Shown in pieces: positions 54,295 through 63,956 of a DNA stretch of 64,000 nucleotides. Source of the DNA: a virus; IMG/VR virus record IMGVR_UViG_3300027710_001279, positions 9,043 through 73,042 of that record; one strand, written 5' to 3'. A program made the translations under genes and the position numbers. How positions within the stretch are numbered: position 1 is the stretch's first letter; each line of letters begins with the position of its first letter. Below the pieces are notes generated by a model. The model was not told the origin of the DNA. It ran no database searches and saw only the letters and a list, made by a program, of their open reading frames with translations.

Positions 54295-54877
54295 ATCAGT
54301 ACTTGAAGTTATCGGTCACAAATTTACCACAGGTGATGACTGGGGGATTAAAACTTTTAATAACACATCACATATTACATTCAAAGATCAAAACGGACGA
54401 GGGTGCGGTCATTGCATTTATAGAAATAACACTAATGAAGTAGTGTACCTAAGTGCAGAGGTTCCTGAACAACCATTGGCATTCCAATGGATCCACCTAG
54501 ATTACAAAAAATCCTACTGCGAGGAATTAGGTAATGATTGGAACATTGCCTGGGACGAAGTCACATATACTAATGTAATCACTGAAGAACTTATGCTCGA
54601 GTATATTACAGACATTGTAAATATTGATTACAACAATCTACCTGTTATAGACAGCAAAGAATATTTCTCAACCAACAAGGCCATTATGAAACAATATACT
54701 GTAAAACTTGATGTTAGATATACATTTGATGTTGAGGCCAATTCAATCGATGAAGCAGTAGCAAAAGCAACTCATTTCCAACAAACAATGAAACACGGTT
54801 GGGGTGATGTTCCGGAAGTAAGTTGGTTAGACACCGAAGTTGTCAAAGAGATTGTAGAACGTGAACTCCTTTCCTGA
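54284..54877 (+). CDS. Hypothetical phage protein
   Basis: ORF track; overlaps neighbours. Confidence 0.6.
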   Translation: MNLKSVLEVIGHKFTTGDDWGIKTFNNTSHITFKDQNGRGCGHCIYRNNTNEVVYLSAEVPEQPLAFQWIHLDYKKSYCEELGNDWNIAWDEVTYTNVITEELMLEYITDIVNIDYNNLPVIDSKEYFSTNKAIMKQYTVKLDVRYTFDVEANSIDEAVAKATHFQQTMKHGWGDVPEVSWLDTEVVKEIVERELLS

Positions 54878-55664
54878 AGTTAGAATCGGAATCATTGGAT
54901 TGGGTTATGTAGGTTCTGCAATCCTTAATTCTTTGTCCGATAGATTTATAGACTTGGTAATTATAGATCCCGATAAAGGTTATAACTCTAACTATAATGA
55001 TCTTGCGGGAGCAGAGGCAGTATTTGTCTGTGTTCCTACCCCACGTGACGACAATGGAAATTGTAATACGTCTATTCTTGAAGATGTGCTAGCCAGGTTA
55101 CATAATATTAGATATACCGGGGTTATTATTAGCAAATGCACAGCTCCTCCAAATGCATATCAAAAGTTAAATGAACAGTATCCAAACCTAGTTCATGTAC
55201 CTGAATTCCTTACAGCTTCAGATGCTATGCGAGATTACCTCAACGGCTCTTTTGCTATCATAGGAGGCAGTATCAAAGCCTATATGAATGAAGCTGAACG
55301 CTTTACTAAAATCAGTCAACAGAATTTAAAAACCATTGTGCATTGTGACATTGGTGAAGCCGCATTGACCAAATATGCTATAAACAGTTTTCTAGCCACT
55401 AAAGTTGTATTCATGAATGAGCTTCGTGGAGTAGCAGAAGCCGCTGGGTTGGATTATGATACTATTGCTACAATGGTTAAGTTAGATCGCCGAATTGGAG
55501 ATAGTCATATGAGGGTTCCAGGTCCAGACGGAACATTTGGATTCGGTGGACATTGTTTGCCCAAGGATACTGAAGCACTATTATCTCTGTCAAAAGATCT
55601 AGGTGTTAGTATGCAGGTGCTCGAAGCGGCATTAAAGAAGAATTTGTTACTTCGATTATCATGA
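54861..55664 (+). CDS. ugd: UDP-glucose 6-dehydrogenase family (short form)
   Basis: GLGYVG, VCVPTP, PEFL, KYAINSFLATKV.FMNE, GFGGHCLPKD. Confidence 0.88.
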   Translation: MNSFPEVRIGIIGLGYVGSAILNSLSDRFIDLVIIDPDKGYNSNYNDLAGAEAVFVCVPTPRDDNGNCNTSILEDVLARLHNIRYTGVIISKCTAPPNAYQKLNEQYPNLVHVPEFLTASDAMRDYLNGSFAIIGGSIKAYMNEAERFTKISQQNLKTIVHCDIGEAALTKYAINSFLATKVVFMNELRGVAEAAGLDYDTIATMVKLDRRIGDSHMRVPGPDGTFGFGGHCLPKDTEALLSLSKDLGVSMQVLEAALKKNLLLRLS

Positions 55665-56632
55665 GTAAAACTATAGTTGTCACCGGTGGGTGCGGTTACA
55701 TAGGTAGCCACGTTGCTCGAGCGTTCAAGTATGCCAACAGTAATAATAAAGTCCACTTAATAGATCGTGTCTATCGCTATCATACTATGAAGGGTCTGGA
55801 CGGATTTACTTGTAATAACTTTGCCAGTGATGTTGGACTCTCTGCAATAAGCAAACTGTCACCTGACATCATTGTGCATTGTGCAGGAACAAGTTTAGTA
55901 GAGCCCAGCGTCTATGATCCTGCTGACTATTATGAAAACAATGTTAGCTCAACAATTAGACTGCTCAATCACATTAAAGATTTTAAAAAGAAGCCTACAA
56001 TTCTTTTTAGTAGCAGTGCCAGTGTTTACGGTGAGCCGAAAGAATTACCCATTCCAGAAAGCCATCCACTTAATCCAATCAGTCCCTACGGTCGTACCAA
56101 GTTGATTGTCGAAACAATGCTGAGAGATTACAGTAATGCCTACGATATTAATAGCATTTGCTTTAGATATTTTAATGCCGCAGGTGCCTGGCCCATTGAA
56201 AACGACTTAGGTGAGGAACATGGAGGCACCCATATTATAGCCAGAGCATTAGAAGCTAGTATCAAAGGTAGAGCATTTAATATATTTGGAGACGACTACA
56301 ATACTCCAGATGGCACTTGTATTAGAGATTACATACACGTTTTAGATCTAGCACAGGCACACATTAAAGTTATCGACTATCTGGAATACAATCCCGGATT
56401 TCATGTATTCAATATTGGATCGGCGCAAGGGATCAGTAACAAACAAATTGCAGACTATGTCAGTGAAAAATATGGATTTGCATTCCTAAATTACGGAAAC
56501 AAGCGTCCAGGTGATCCTGCAATATTAATTGCGGATTCATCAAAGGCTAAAAGAGATTTGGATTGGGATCCGGAGCACAGTGATATCGGAACAATCATTG
56601 ATAGCGCATATCAGTGGTACACAAAATATTAA
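55661..56632 (+). CDS. galE: UDP-glucose 4-epimerase
   Basis: TGGCGYIGSH, FSSSASVYG, PYGRTK, RYFNAAGA, DGTCIRDYIHV. Confidence 0.92.
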   Translation: MSKTIVVTGGCGYIGSHVARAFKYANSNNKVHLIDRVYRYHTMKGLDGFTCNNFASDVGLSAISKLSPDIIVHCAGTSLVEPSVYDPADYYENNVSSTIRLLNHIKDFKKKPTILFSSSASVYGEPKELPIPESHPLNPISPYGRTKLIVETMLRDYSNAYDINSICFRYFNAAGAWPIENDLGEEHGGTHIIARALEASIKGRAFNIFGDDYNTPDGTCIRDYIHVLDLAQAHIKVIDYLEYNPGFHVFNIGSAQGISNKQIADYVSEKYGFAFLNYGNKRPGDPAILIADSSKAKRDLDWDPEHSDIGTIIDSAYQWYTKY

Positions 56633-56637
56633 TGGTG

Positions 56638-56666
56638 TTGACAAATCAATCTAAATAAAGTACAAT
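56638..56666 (+). promoter_or_regulatory. sigma70 promoter with CTAAATA in the spacer
   Basis: TTGACA-17-TACAAT. Confidence 0.7.
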
Positions 56667-56711
56667 AGAATTATATGGCAATCCTCTGCCTTAACATCGG
56701 AGAAAATTAAA

Positions 56712-57449
56712 ATGAGTGAACCAGTGACATTAAACAACATAGACGATAAGGGCTATGAAGAAGGATATATGGGTGCTAATATTCGTGCTAGAATGAAACG
56801 TGACAATAAACGTTTTTGGGCAGGAGATAACATTAGCGAATATGTTCATTTTACAGATTTCGATCGATTAGTCGACGAAGCAACAGAAGCATTTGAAAGT
56901 GTGCTAGACGCACTACTAATTGATCGAGAAAACGATCCAAACTCAAAAGGTACAGCTCGTAGATTGGCTAAGATGTACTTTAATGAAATTATGGCAGGAA
57001 GATATGAACCAGCACCAGACGCAACAGCGTTTCCAAATGATTCGGAGGACCGCTACGAAGGTATGTTGGTTGTTCGTAGCGAGCTTCGCAGTATGTGTAG
57101 CCATCATCACCAACCCGTTAGTGGCGTTGCTTATATTGGCATTATTGCCGCACAAAAACTCATCGGACTCTCAAAGTACACAAGAATTGCCCAGTGGTGT
57201 GCAAGACGAGGTACTCTCCAGGAGGAGTTGGCTAATGACATTGCTCGGGAAATAATGAAGGCTACAGATGCCAAAGATGTAGGTGTCTATATTCAAGCAG
57301 TACATGGATGCTGTGAGAATCGTGGTATTATGGCACATTCTAGTCTAACACAGACAACAGTACTCAAAGGTGCATTCAAAGATGACCAAGGTACTAAAAA
57401 AGAGTTTTTTGATAACATTAAACTACAACAAGATTTTGCACCTAGATAA
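56712..57449 (+). CDS. folE: GTP cyclohydrolase I
   Basis: SMCSHHHQP, IGLSKYTRI, LQEEL, HGCCENRG. Confidence 0.95.
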   Translation: MSEPVTLNNIDDKGYEEGYMGANIRARMKRDNKRFWAGDNISEYVHFTDFDRLVDEATEAFESVLDALLIDRENDPNSKGTARRLAKMYFNEIMAGRYEPAPDATAFPNDSEDRYEGMLVVRSELRSMCSHHHQPVSGVAYIGIIAAQKLIGLSKYTRIAQWCARRGTLQEELANDIAREIMKATDAKDVGVYIQAVHGCCENRGIMAHSSLTQTTVLKGAFKDDQGTKKEFFDNIKLQQDFAPR

Positions 57450-57510
57450 TGGCAAAATCAATTCTTGCTCTTTCAACAAATACCTAGTATAATAATTTTA
57501 AAGGAAACAA

Positions 57511-58296
57511 ATGAAAAAAGGTAAACTGAATATTCCAAGTCGGGCATCTACTCCTGCACCGACTCCTACTGCGGCAACTGCGGCCATGCAGACAGCATTT
57601 AATCGTCCAGGTGCGCCAGGACAGGCAATGCCCACTAACTTCCGTCCTACACCGCAGGCACAAGGTGGTAAACCTCCAAGTGTTATGATTGCTGTTCCAG
57701 CAATGGAAATGGTTAATGCAGAATTTGCACAACATTTAGCCATGGCGGCTGCTAACATGGTTGCCAATGGTGTTAAGATCAACTGTGCCTTTAACATCGG
57801 ATCAGTTATTACTATTGCTCGTCGTAACCTAGTTGATATCTTCCTAAAATCAGACTTTGATTACATCTGGTGGGTTGACAGTGATATGAAATTCCCAATT
57901 GACGCACCTATGCGTTTGCTGGCACGTGGCAAAGAGATTGTAGGTGCTAACTATCGTCGCAGACGTTTTCCTAACCCTAACTTTACTGGCATGAGCGGAA
58001 GTGCTGGCAAGTTTACAGAATTCCAAACTACGGATCAAAGTCCTCCTATGGAATTAATTGACGTATTACCACACGGTATGGTATTATGTAAGAGAGAAGT
58101 CTATGAACGGATTCCTCAACCTCATTATCTGCAAGAATTTATCCCATCATTAAATCTTGAGATTGGCGAAGATATTTTCTTCTGCCAGCAAGCCCAAAAG
58201 GCCGGGTATCAAATATGGTGTGATCAGGAATTGAGTAGAGAAGTAGCGCACATTGGTATTTTCCACTTTAACTATAATCTATCAGTTCCACAATAA
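57511..58296 (+). CDS. Glycosyltransferase-like (GT2) protein with P/A/Q-rich N-terminus
   Basis: ARRNLV, WWVDSD, GEDIFFC, HIG. Confidence 0.7.
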   Translation: MKKGKLNIPSRASTPAPTPTAATAAMQTAFNRPGAPGQAMPTNFRPTPQAQGGKPPSVMIAVPAMEMVNAEFAQHLAMAAANMVANGVKINCAFNIGSVITIARRNLVDIFLKSDFDYIWWVDSDMKFPIDAPMRLLARGKEIVGANYRRRRFPNPNFTGMSGSAGKFTEFQTTDQSPPMELIDVLPHGMVLCKREVYERIPQPHYLQEFIPSLNLEIGEDIFFCQQAQKAGYQIWCDQELSREVAHIGIFHFNYNLSVPQ

Positions 58297-58308
58297 GAAA
58301 GGAACCCC

Positions 58309-58479
58309 ATGTTGTTTGAAAGCATAGAAATTCGAAAGGTACGCAATGGTGTTATTGTAACACTACGTACCGACGAAGATGAAGATCAAGAATTCGTTTA
58401 CGATTCTGACAGAAAAGCAATTAAGTTTGTCAAAGACCTACTTGAAGCTAAAGAAGCAGTGAAACAACCTGCGGGTTAA
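58309..58479 (+). CDS. Small hypothetical protein (56 aa, not in ORF track)
   Basis: AAGGA SD; MLFESIEIRKVRNGVIVTLR... Confidence 0.65.
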   Translation: MLFESIEIRKVRNGVIVTLRTDEDEDQEFVYDSDRKAIKFVKDLLEAKEAVKQPAG

Positions 58480-58483
58480 AAAT

Positions 58484-58963
58484 ATGACAGTTAAAAAGAA
58501 ATACAATGTAGGTGATGTCGTTTGGATTTACGGTGTTCGTCGAGATAATGATAAATCCACACAAGGTACCGTAGTTAAATCATTTAATATCGAAGGATAT
58601 AATGATATGCACTACGTTGTATCTATTCCTACAGAGATTGAATCTTTGCTGGAAATTCGAACATGGCAAACTATCAGTCAAACCAAAGACGGGCATGTAG
58701 GTAGTTTGCGAGAAGCATTTAGCGATCCAGATGCGGCACATCGTATGTTGGCTAGGACTGGCGTGAAATTTATTTCAGACGCAGATGAAGATTACGAAGG
58801 TGACGGACACGATGGTATGGGAAGTTTTGCTGACGAGGAAGATGATGTTAGTCCAGATGCTATTCATGCCGCACTAGAGAAGTCTAAACAAGATGTTAGT
58901 CACAGCCCATTAAATCTTAAAGAAAAGCCAAAGCGCAGATACTTTAAGAAGAAAAAAGTATAA
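58484..58963 (+). CDS. Hypothetical phage protein
   Basis: ORF track. Confidence 0.6.
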   Translation: MTVKKKYNVGDVVWIYGVRRDNDKSTQGTVVKSFNIEGYNDMHYVVSIPTEIESLLEIRTWQTISQTKDGHVGSLREAFSDPDAAHRMLARTGVKFISDADEDYEGDGHDGMGSFADEEDDVSPDAIHAALEKSKQDVSHSPLNLKEKPKRRYFKKKKV

Positions 58964-59295
58964 TGAGTGCTGAATGGGTCCAAGTGTTAGGACAAGCATA
59001 TCCAGATTATGATGATTTAAAATTTTCAATGGAAAAAGGTCCTATCATTAAACCAGTTCTAACAAAAATAAAAAATCATTGGACATTAACTCTCGAAGAA
59101 GAATGGCATCATGATTCGGGTGGATCTTATACTATATCAGGATCTATTATGCTAGACGACATCATAGAGTGGACTGACAAAGAACTAGCCAAATGGAAAG
59201 ATTGCCGCAGAATAGCGTGGGATATGTGGCAATTTAAATCAAAACGTGAAGCTGAAAAATTCATAACATTATTTCATTTAATATGGCAGCAGTAA
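58963..59295 (+). CDS. Hypothetical phage protein
   Basis: ORF track. Confidence 0.6.
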   Translation: MSAEWVQVLGQAYPDYDDLKFSMEKGPIIKPVLTKIKNHWTLTLEEEWHHDSGGSYTISGSIMLDDIIEWTDKELAKWKDCRRIAWDMWQFKSKREAEKFITLFHLIWQQ

Positions 59296-59603
59296 AATTT
59301 GAAGTTGTTGAAAAAAACGGACAAGCAGTTGTTCATGAAATTCATAAAATAGTTGTCCATACATTTGGAATTGGTGATGTTGAAGACCCTGATATCTATG
59401 CCGCCCAACCTATCTGGGATTGGCAGCAAACTGATGCTGGCAAGTTTGTTATGGAAAATGCTATTAACACTCCGTCATATCATCAAAATTTAGATCAACA
59501 TACTTACGGGTATCGTTATGCTATTGTAGCAGAATTAGAAGCAAAGAAACTAAGTGAATTTTATCTAAGATGGGGCAAAGATGGAAGTAGTAAGATACGG
59601 TGA
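59283..59603 (+). CDS. Hypothetical phage protein
   Basis: GDVEDPDIYAAQPIWDWQQT. Confidence 0.6.
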   Translation: MAAVKFEVVEKNGQAVVHEIHKIVVHTFGIGDVEDPDIYAAQPIWDWQQTDAGKFVMENAINTPSYHQNLDQHTYGYRYAIVAELEAKKLSEFYLRWGKDGSSKIR

Positions 59604-59817
59604 GACTTGTACCATTAAACAAGCAAACTCAAGCAAAACAGTAGAAGCTGTAGTTTTTGAATTTAAAGAACGAAATAGCCTTGTTGTAGTGTTAAATAAA
59701 AGCGTAAAACTGTCAATGACCTGGAATGGTAAACTATACGAAGGTAAAATGGCAGGCATTGACTTTGTTAGCAGTGGACCAACAGTAAATAAGACAACAA
59801 CAAGCCTAAGGGGGTGA
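59581..59817 (+). CDS. Hypothetical phage protein
   Basis: ORF track. Confidence 0.55.
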   Translation: MEVVRYGETCTIKQANSSKTVEAVVFEFKERNSLVVVLNKSVKLSMTWNGKLYEGKMAGIDFVSSGPTVNKTTTSLRG

Positions 59818-60572
59818 GTATGCGTTTTTTATTAGCCATAGCTTTAATGGTATGCCTTACCAGTCATGCAGGAACCTATGCATTGTATAATTTTACCAAT
59901 GCAGAAATGACCACTGCTAGTCAGCACAACGAAATTGTTCCAATTGCTAGTGTAACTAAATTGTTTACTGCGGCACTGATTTTAGAAGAACAATTAGATC
60001 TATCTGAAAAGGTAAAAGTCCAAAGTAAGGCCACAGGGCGTTTTCCTGTAGGTACAATGGTTACTCGATTTGAGCTAATGAAGGCCATGCTAATTGCCAG
60101 CGATAACAGAGCCGCAGAAACTCTAGCACATACATATCCGGGAGGATATGAACGCTTCATTATAGATGTTAATACTATGGTTGGAGAAAAGAATTTAAAA
60201 AATACCAAACTAGAAGATGCCAGTGGATTAAAAGCAGGCAATGTTAGCACCGCAGATGACCTAGTAAATTTTGTTTACAATCTACGTAAGTTTCCTATAA
60301 TCATAGCACTGTCATCATCTGCCAATGATAGCATACAAGTTGAAACAAAGAAAAAACATGTTAATTTGCCAATCAGGAATACAAATCCTGACATCAACAA
60401 GTATAATAGTATAATGATCAGTAAGACAGGATTTACTAGTAAAGCAGGCAGGTGTTTGGTTATGCTGGTAAATTATCAAAATGAAATGTATGGGCTAGCT
60501 ATCCTAGGAGAAAAAACTCCAAAGACTAGATCTAAAGTAGTAAGTAATTTAATGAATTCAATAGAAGGATAA
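59814..60572 (+). CDS. Peptidase S11 D-Ala-D-Ala peptidase (PBP7/PbpG-like)
   Basis: Signal peptide; SxxK (SVTK), SxN (SDN), KTG. Confidence 0.88.
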   Translation: MSMRFLLAIALMVCLTSHAGTYALYNFTNAEMTTASQHNEIVPIASVTKLFTAALILEEQLDLSEKVKVQSKATGRFPVGTMVTRFELMKAMLIASDNRAAETLAHTYPGGYERFIIDVNTMVGEKNLKNTKLEDASGLKAGNVSTADDLVNFVYNLRKFPIIIALSSSANDSIQVETKKKHVNLPIRNTNPDINKYNSIMISKTGFTSKAGRCLVMLVNYQNEMYGLAILGEKTPKTRSKVVSNLMNSIEG

Positions 60573-60574
60573 CA

Positions 60575-60943
60575 ATGAACCCGTTTCGAGACCAAGAAAA
60601 ATTTATGCGAGCCTGCGATCAATCAGTAGGAGAGATCAACAAAGACCAATATAAACTATATTTGGATCTTATGGAAGAAGAATGGAAAGAACTCAAGGCA
60701 GCTTTGTTAATGGAAGACCGAGTAGAACAACTAGATGCATTATTGGATTTTATTGTTGTAACAACCGGTGCTATCCACAGCGGCGGGTTTGATGGTGAAG
60801 CTGGTTGGAAAGAAGTTATGCGTACCAATTTTGACAAGATCGATAAAGAGACTGGCAAGGTTCGTAAGCGTGAAGATGGAAAGGTATTAAAACCTTTGGG
60901 ATGGAAGCCACCCAAATTGGCTCAATTTGTTAAAGGAAAATAA
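60575..60943 (+). CDS. MazG-like/all-alpha NTP pyrophosphohydrolase
   Basis: EEWKEL, DALLD, EVMRTN..K, REDGKVLKP. Confidence 0.8.
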   Translation: MNPFRDQEKFMRACDQSVGEINKDQYKLYLDLMEEEWKELKAALLMEDRVEQLDALLDFIVVTTGAIHSGGFDGEAGWKEVMRTNFDKIDKETGKVRKREDGKVLKPLGWKPPKLAQFVKGK

Positions 60944-60944
60944 T

Positions 60945-61640
60945 ATGTTTGGAACAAATTATACAGGCGGTGATGTATTAAGTTACCGCAGTGCTAGTGA
61001 AATTAATTCAGCAATGGGTCGTGTTTATGGACACATGAGTATTGCTGTTATTGTATCAATGTTTGTCAGTTACTTTGTAGGCACAAGTCCAGAGTTGTTG
61101 GCATTCTTTTTTACAGGTGTATTAAAGTGGATTGTAATTTTTGCTCCGTTGGTAGCAATTTTTGTGGTTAGTTACATACTAGGTAATAATCCTAGTAAGA
61201 GTGTAGCACAGTTATGCCTGCATGGTTTTGCGGCACTGATGGGATTAAGTTTTTCAATGATCTTTGCGGTGTTTGCTATGGGTTCAATTGTCAGTGCCTT
61301 TATGGGTGCGGCAATCTTATTTGCTGTAATGAGCGGCTACGGTTACTTTACTAAACAGAGTTTGGATAGTCTAGGCAAATTTATGTTTGTTGGTCTAATT
61401 GCTATAGTGATTGCTAGCATTATCAATATCTTTATTGGATCAACTGTAATGCAAATGGTAATTTCAGCATTAGCCATTATTATCTTTATGGGACTTACTG
61501 CCTACGACACCCAGAAGATACGCGAAGCAGTTAGTGTTGATACTAGCGATGGTGTAGAAATTAGAGGAGCATTAACTCTATATATGGACTTTATTAATTT
61601 GTTTATTAATTTGTTACAACTTTTTGGAGATCGTAAATGA
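60945..61640 (+). CDS. Bax inhibitor-1/YccA family membrane protein
   Basis: Multiple TM helices; GLTAYDTQKI, GALTLYMDFINLF. Confidence 0.9.
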   Translation: MFGTNYTGGDVLSYRSASEINSAMGRVYGHMSIAVIVSMFVSYFVGTSPELLAFFFTGVLKWIVIFAPLVAIFVVSYILGNNPSKSVAQLCLHGFAALMGLSFSMIFAVFAMGSIVSAFMGAAILFAVMSGYGYFTKQSLDSLGKFMFVGLIAIVIASIINIFIGSTVMQMVISALAIIIFMGLTAYDTQKIREAVSVDTSDGVEIRGALTLYMDFINLFINLLQLFGDRK

Positions 61641-62074
61641 TCCGTGAGTTTATCAATATTGTAGAAGGCATTCGCATCACTGACGATTGGTTTAAGGACG
61701 GTGGGTTCAAAACTTATAAACGTCCAGCTAAAGAGCGTTATGAGATTGCTAGTGAACCCGGCACTATTGACACGCTCGAAGGTCCAGTTAAATATCCTGC
61801 AGGTTACTACATCATGACTGGACCAAAAGGTGAGCAGTATCCTATTACTCCAGAAAAGTTTAAAGATCTTAAGGACGATTTAGGTAACGGTGTTTGCACA
61901 CCAAAGAAGATTATCAAGTTTGCTAAATTAGCAGATCACTCCGGATCGGTTGACACTAGCTGGGGAGAGAAGTTATACTATAATACAGGCGAAGATGTTA
62001 TTGTTCGCCATGGTGAAAACGACTACGGTGTAGTTAAAAAAGACATATTTGCACAAACCTACGAAAGAGTGTAA
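61637..62074 (+). CDS. PGDYG-like hypothetical protein, CTS-like N-terminus
   Basis: MIREFINIVE; TLEG..., GEQYPI, DYGVVKKDIFAQTY. Confidence 0.6.
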   Translation: MIREFINIVEGIRITDDWFKDGGFKTYKRPAKERYEIASEPGTIDTLEGPVKYPAGYYIMTGPKGEQYPITPEKFKDLKDDLGNGVCTPKKIIKFAKLADHSGSVDTSWGEKLYYNTGEDVIVRHGENDYGVVKKDIFAQTYERV

Positions 62075-62913
62075 TGGCACAGCATACAAATTACTGGAGT
62101 TGCAGTCCTTTTGCAGATTGGCTTCGCGGCACTAAAAAACTCAGTGCAGGCACATCTGAAGAATGGGACGAGTGGACAACTGCGGCACAGATGAAGCACA
62201 ACTTCCGCTACTGGTTAGCGGAAGAAGGACTCAGCCATCTCCAAGATTTTGTAACATGGCCTGTAAGGAAACTCCATGACATCAAATATTATATTAACAA
62301 TCGTTTTGTTACTCGCACTCATAGCCTTACTGCTCATCCCCGTGACATCCGACCTGGCGATTGGTGTGATGTCGGTAATCGCTTTTTGCCTTGTCTCTTT
62401 AACGAGTTAGTCGACTTTGTTGAAATAGAGCAGGCCTGGAGTCATATTGCTTGGGGCAGTGAAGAAGATAAAGCAAAGTACAAGGCACCGTTCTGGGCCA
62501 CTGGTTGGTTCCGTTGGAGAACATGGCGCTGTCCACAAGCTGGGTTAGATCACCTTGATTGGGCAATGACATTAACCAATAGTGATTGGTGCGAGCCAAC
62601 TGATCCTAATTACAATAAGCCTACAGGACAAGCAATCCGCGCTAAAGAAATTAAAGAGCTTTATACCTGGTGGAAGGAAGTTTATCCCAATCGTCCAGAT
62701 CCGTATGATGCAAGTGGATGGACTGCTTACTGCGAACTTAGCCGATTAGCCAATGGTGGCAAGTTAAATTTCAGTGGAGATAAAACTCCTGCACTTAGAA
62801 AAGCTAGTAACTTAGCGCATAAGGAACTTCAAAGGATTGAAAAAGCCTACGAAAAAGAAGATGAAGCTATGATGATTCGCTTAATTAAAGCAAGAGATAG
62901 CCTATGGACCTAA
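62074..62913 (+). CDS. Hypothetical phage protein
   Basis: ORF track; Trp-rich. Confidence 0.65.
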   Translation: MAQHTNYWSCSPFADWLRGTKKLSAGTSEEWDEWTTAAQMKHNFRYWLAEEGLSHLQDFVTWPVRKLHDIKYYINNRFVTRTHSLTAHPRDIRPGDWCDVGNRFLPCLFNELVDFVEIEQAWSHIAWGSEEDKAKYKAPFWATGWFRWRTWRCPQAGLDHLDWAMTLTNSDWCEPTDPNYNKPTGQAIRAKEIKELYTWWKEVYPNRPDPYDASGWTAYCELSRLANGGKLNFSGDKTPALRKASNLAHKELQRIEKAYEKEDEAMMIRLIKARDSLWT

Positions 62914-63086
62914 ATGATCTAAAATGCCCTAGATGCGGAGACCCTAAATCTTATACCGCAGATTTTGATAGCTTTTATTGCAATTCTTGTAATGAATGGT
63001 TAGAAGATATCTGTAATGATCGAGAATGTTTATTTTGTAGAACTAGACCTTTAAAACCCAATGAGCAAAATATCAAGCAGTCCTAA
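62904..63086 (+). CDS. Small Cys-rich zinc-finger protein
   Basis: CPRC, CNSC, C...CLFC. Confidence 0.55.
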   Translation: MDLNDLKCPRCGDPKSYTADFDSFYCNSCNEWLEDICNDRECLFCRTRPLKPNEQNIKQS

Positions 63087-63639
63087 CCGACACACCTTTC
63101 AAAAAGAAGGCTATATTAAACGCTGTGAAGAAGAAGGCAAGTTGCCCAACCCCGACTATATTCAAATGTATAAAACCTGGCGTGAACAAGATGAAGAAAA
63201 TCTAAACGATCCAGAGTGGCAAAAAGATAACATGGAGTATGATCTCCGTAGCACAGAATGGATATGCGACAAGGTCAAAGAAAGTCAAGTCTATTCTCAA
63301 AATCTTTATGCCGCAATGTGCAACAATGAATTCCAAAAGTTAGACGTTATGCCTATTCTTAAAGATCAGCGTTGGAGTGCCTCGTGGAGAAGTGCTGGCG
63401 GGATTGTTGCTGACATGCGCGAGGAAGGTGACTACATCGATTGGTACTGTAGTGGAATTCGAAATGATAATCTTCAAACTCCTGAAGAATTTAATAATCT
63501 CACCGAAGAACAACAAATTTTCCAAAAAGAATTACAGGCATTTGTCCCAGAAAGTGTTGTTACTGACGAAATTCGAGAAGACCTCAAAAAGCTAGGTTGG
63601 ATAGTTATTCAAGATGACCAAGCCAATAATTTTATCTGA
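63061..63639 (+). CDS. Hypothetical phage protein
   Basis: SWRSAGGIVADM...GDYIDWYCSG. Confidence 0.65.
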   Translation: MSKISSSPNRHTFQKEGYIKRCEEEGKLPNPDYIQMYKTWREQDEENLNDPEWQKDNMEYDLRSTEWICDKVKESQVYSQNLYAAMCNNEFQKLDVMPILKDQRWSASWRSAGGIVADMREEGDYIDWYCSGIRNDNLQTPEEFNNLTEEQQIFQKELQAFVPESVVTDEIREDLKKLGWIVIQDDQANNFI

Positions 63640-63901
63640 AAAAAATTGGTTGGCGATTTACAACCAAATTGCCAAAGAGTATCCGCCTAGCGTGTTGTTA
63701 ATTCGCGACAGGATGCGCTCAGTTTTGGGCTTTACTAGTAGAACGCACGAGGAATGGTTTGATAGAGACGTTGATCGCAGAGATGTTGGGTATGGAACCA
63801 AATATCGTATAACAACTATACATTTGGATTTTTACAATGAACCAAAACGGACAATGTTCCTACTCAAATATTCGGAGTATATTGGTAAAACCAGCTCTTG
63901 A
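63614..63901 (+). CDS. Hypothetical phage protein
   Basis: ORF track. Confidence 0.6.
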   Translation: MTKPIILSEKNWLAIYNQIAKEYPPSVLLIRDRMRSVLGFTSRTHEEWFDRDVDRRDVGYGTKYRITTIHLDFYNEPKRTMFLLKYSEYIGKTSS

Positions 63902-63926
63902 CTTTCCAGTAAAATTCCTGTATAAT
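63898..63926 (+). promoter_or_regulatory. sigma70-type promoter
   Basis: TTGACT-17-TATAAT. Confidence 0.7.
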
Positions 63927-63956
63927 ATAACTATACTGAAACAGCAAGGAGCGATA

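Noticed and set aside
512-63595. Many short antisense or out-of-frame ORFs inside well-supported genes
   Set aside because: They are nested in genes with clear family motifs and have no SD or recognisable domains.
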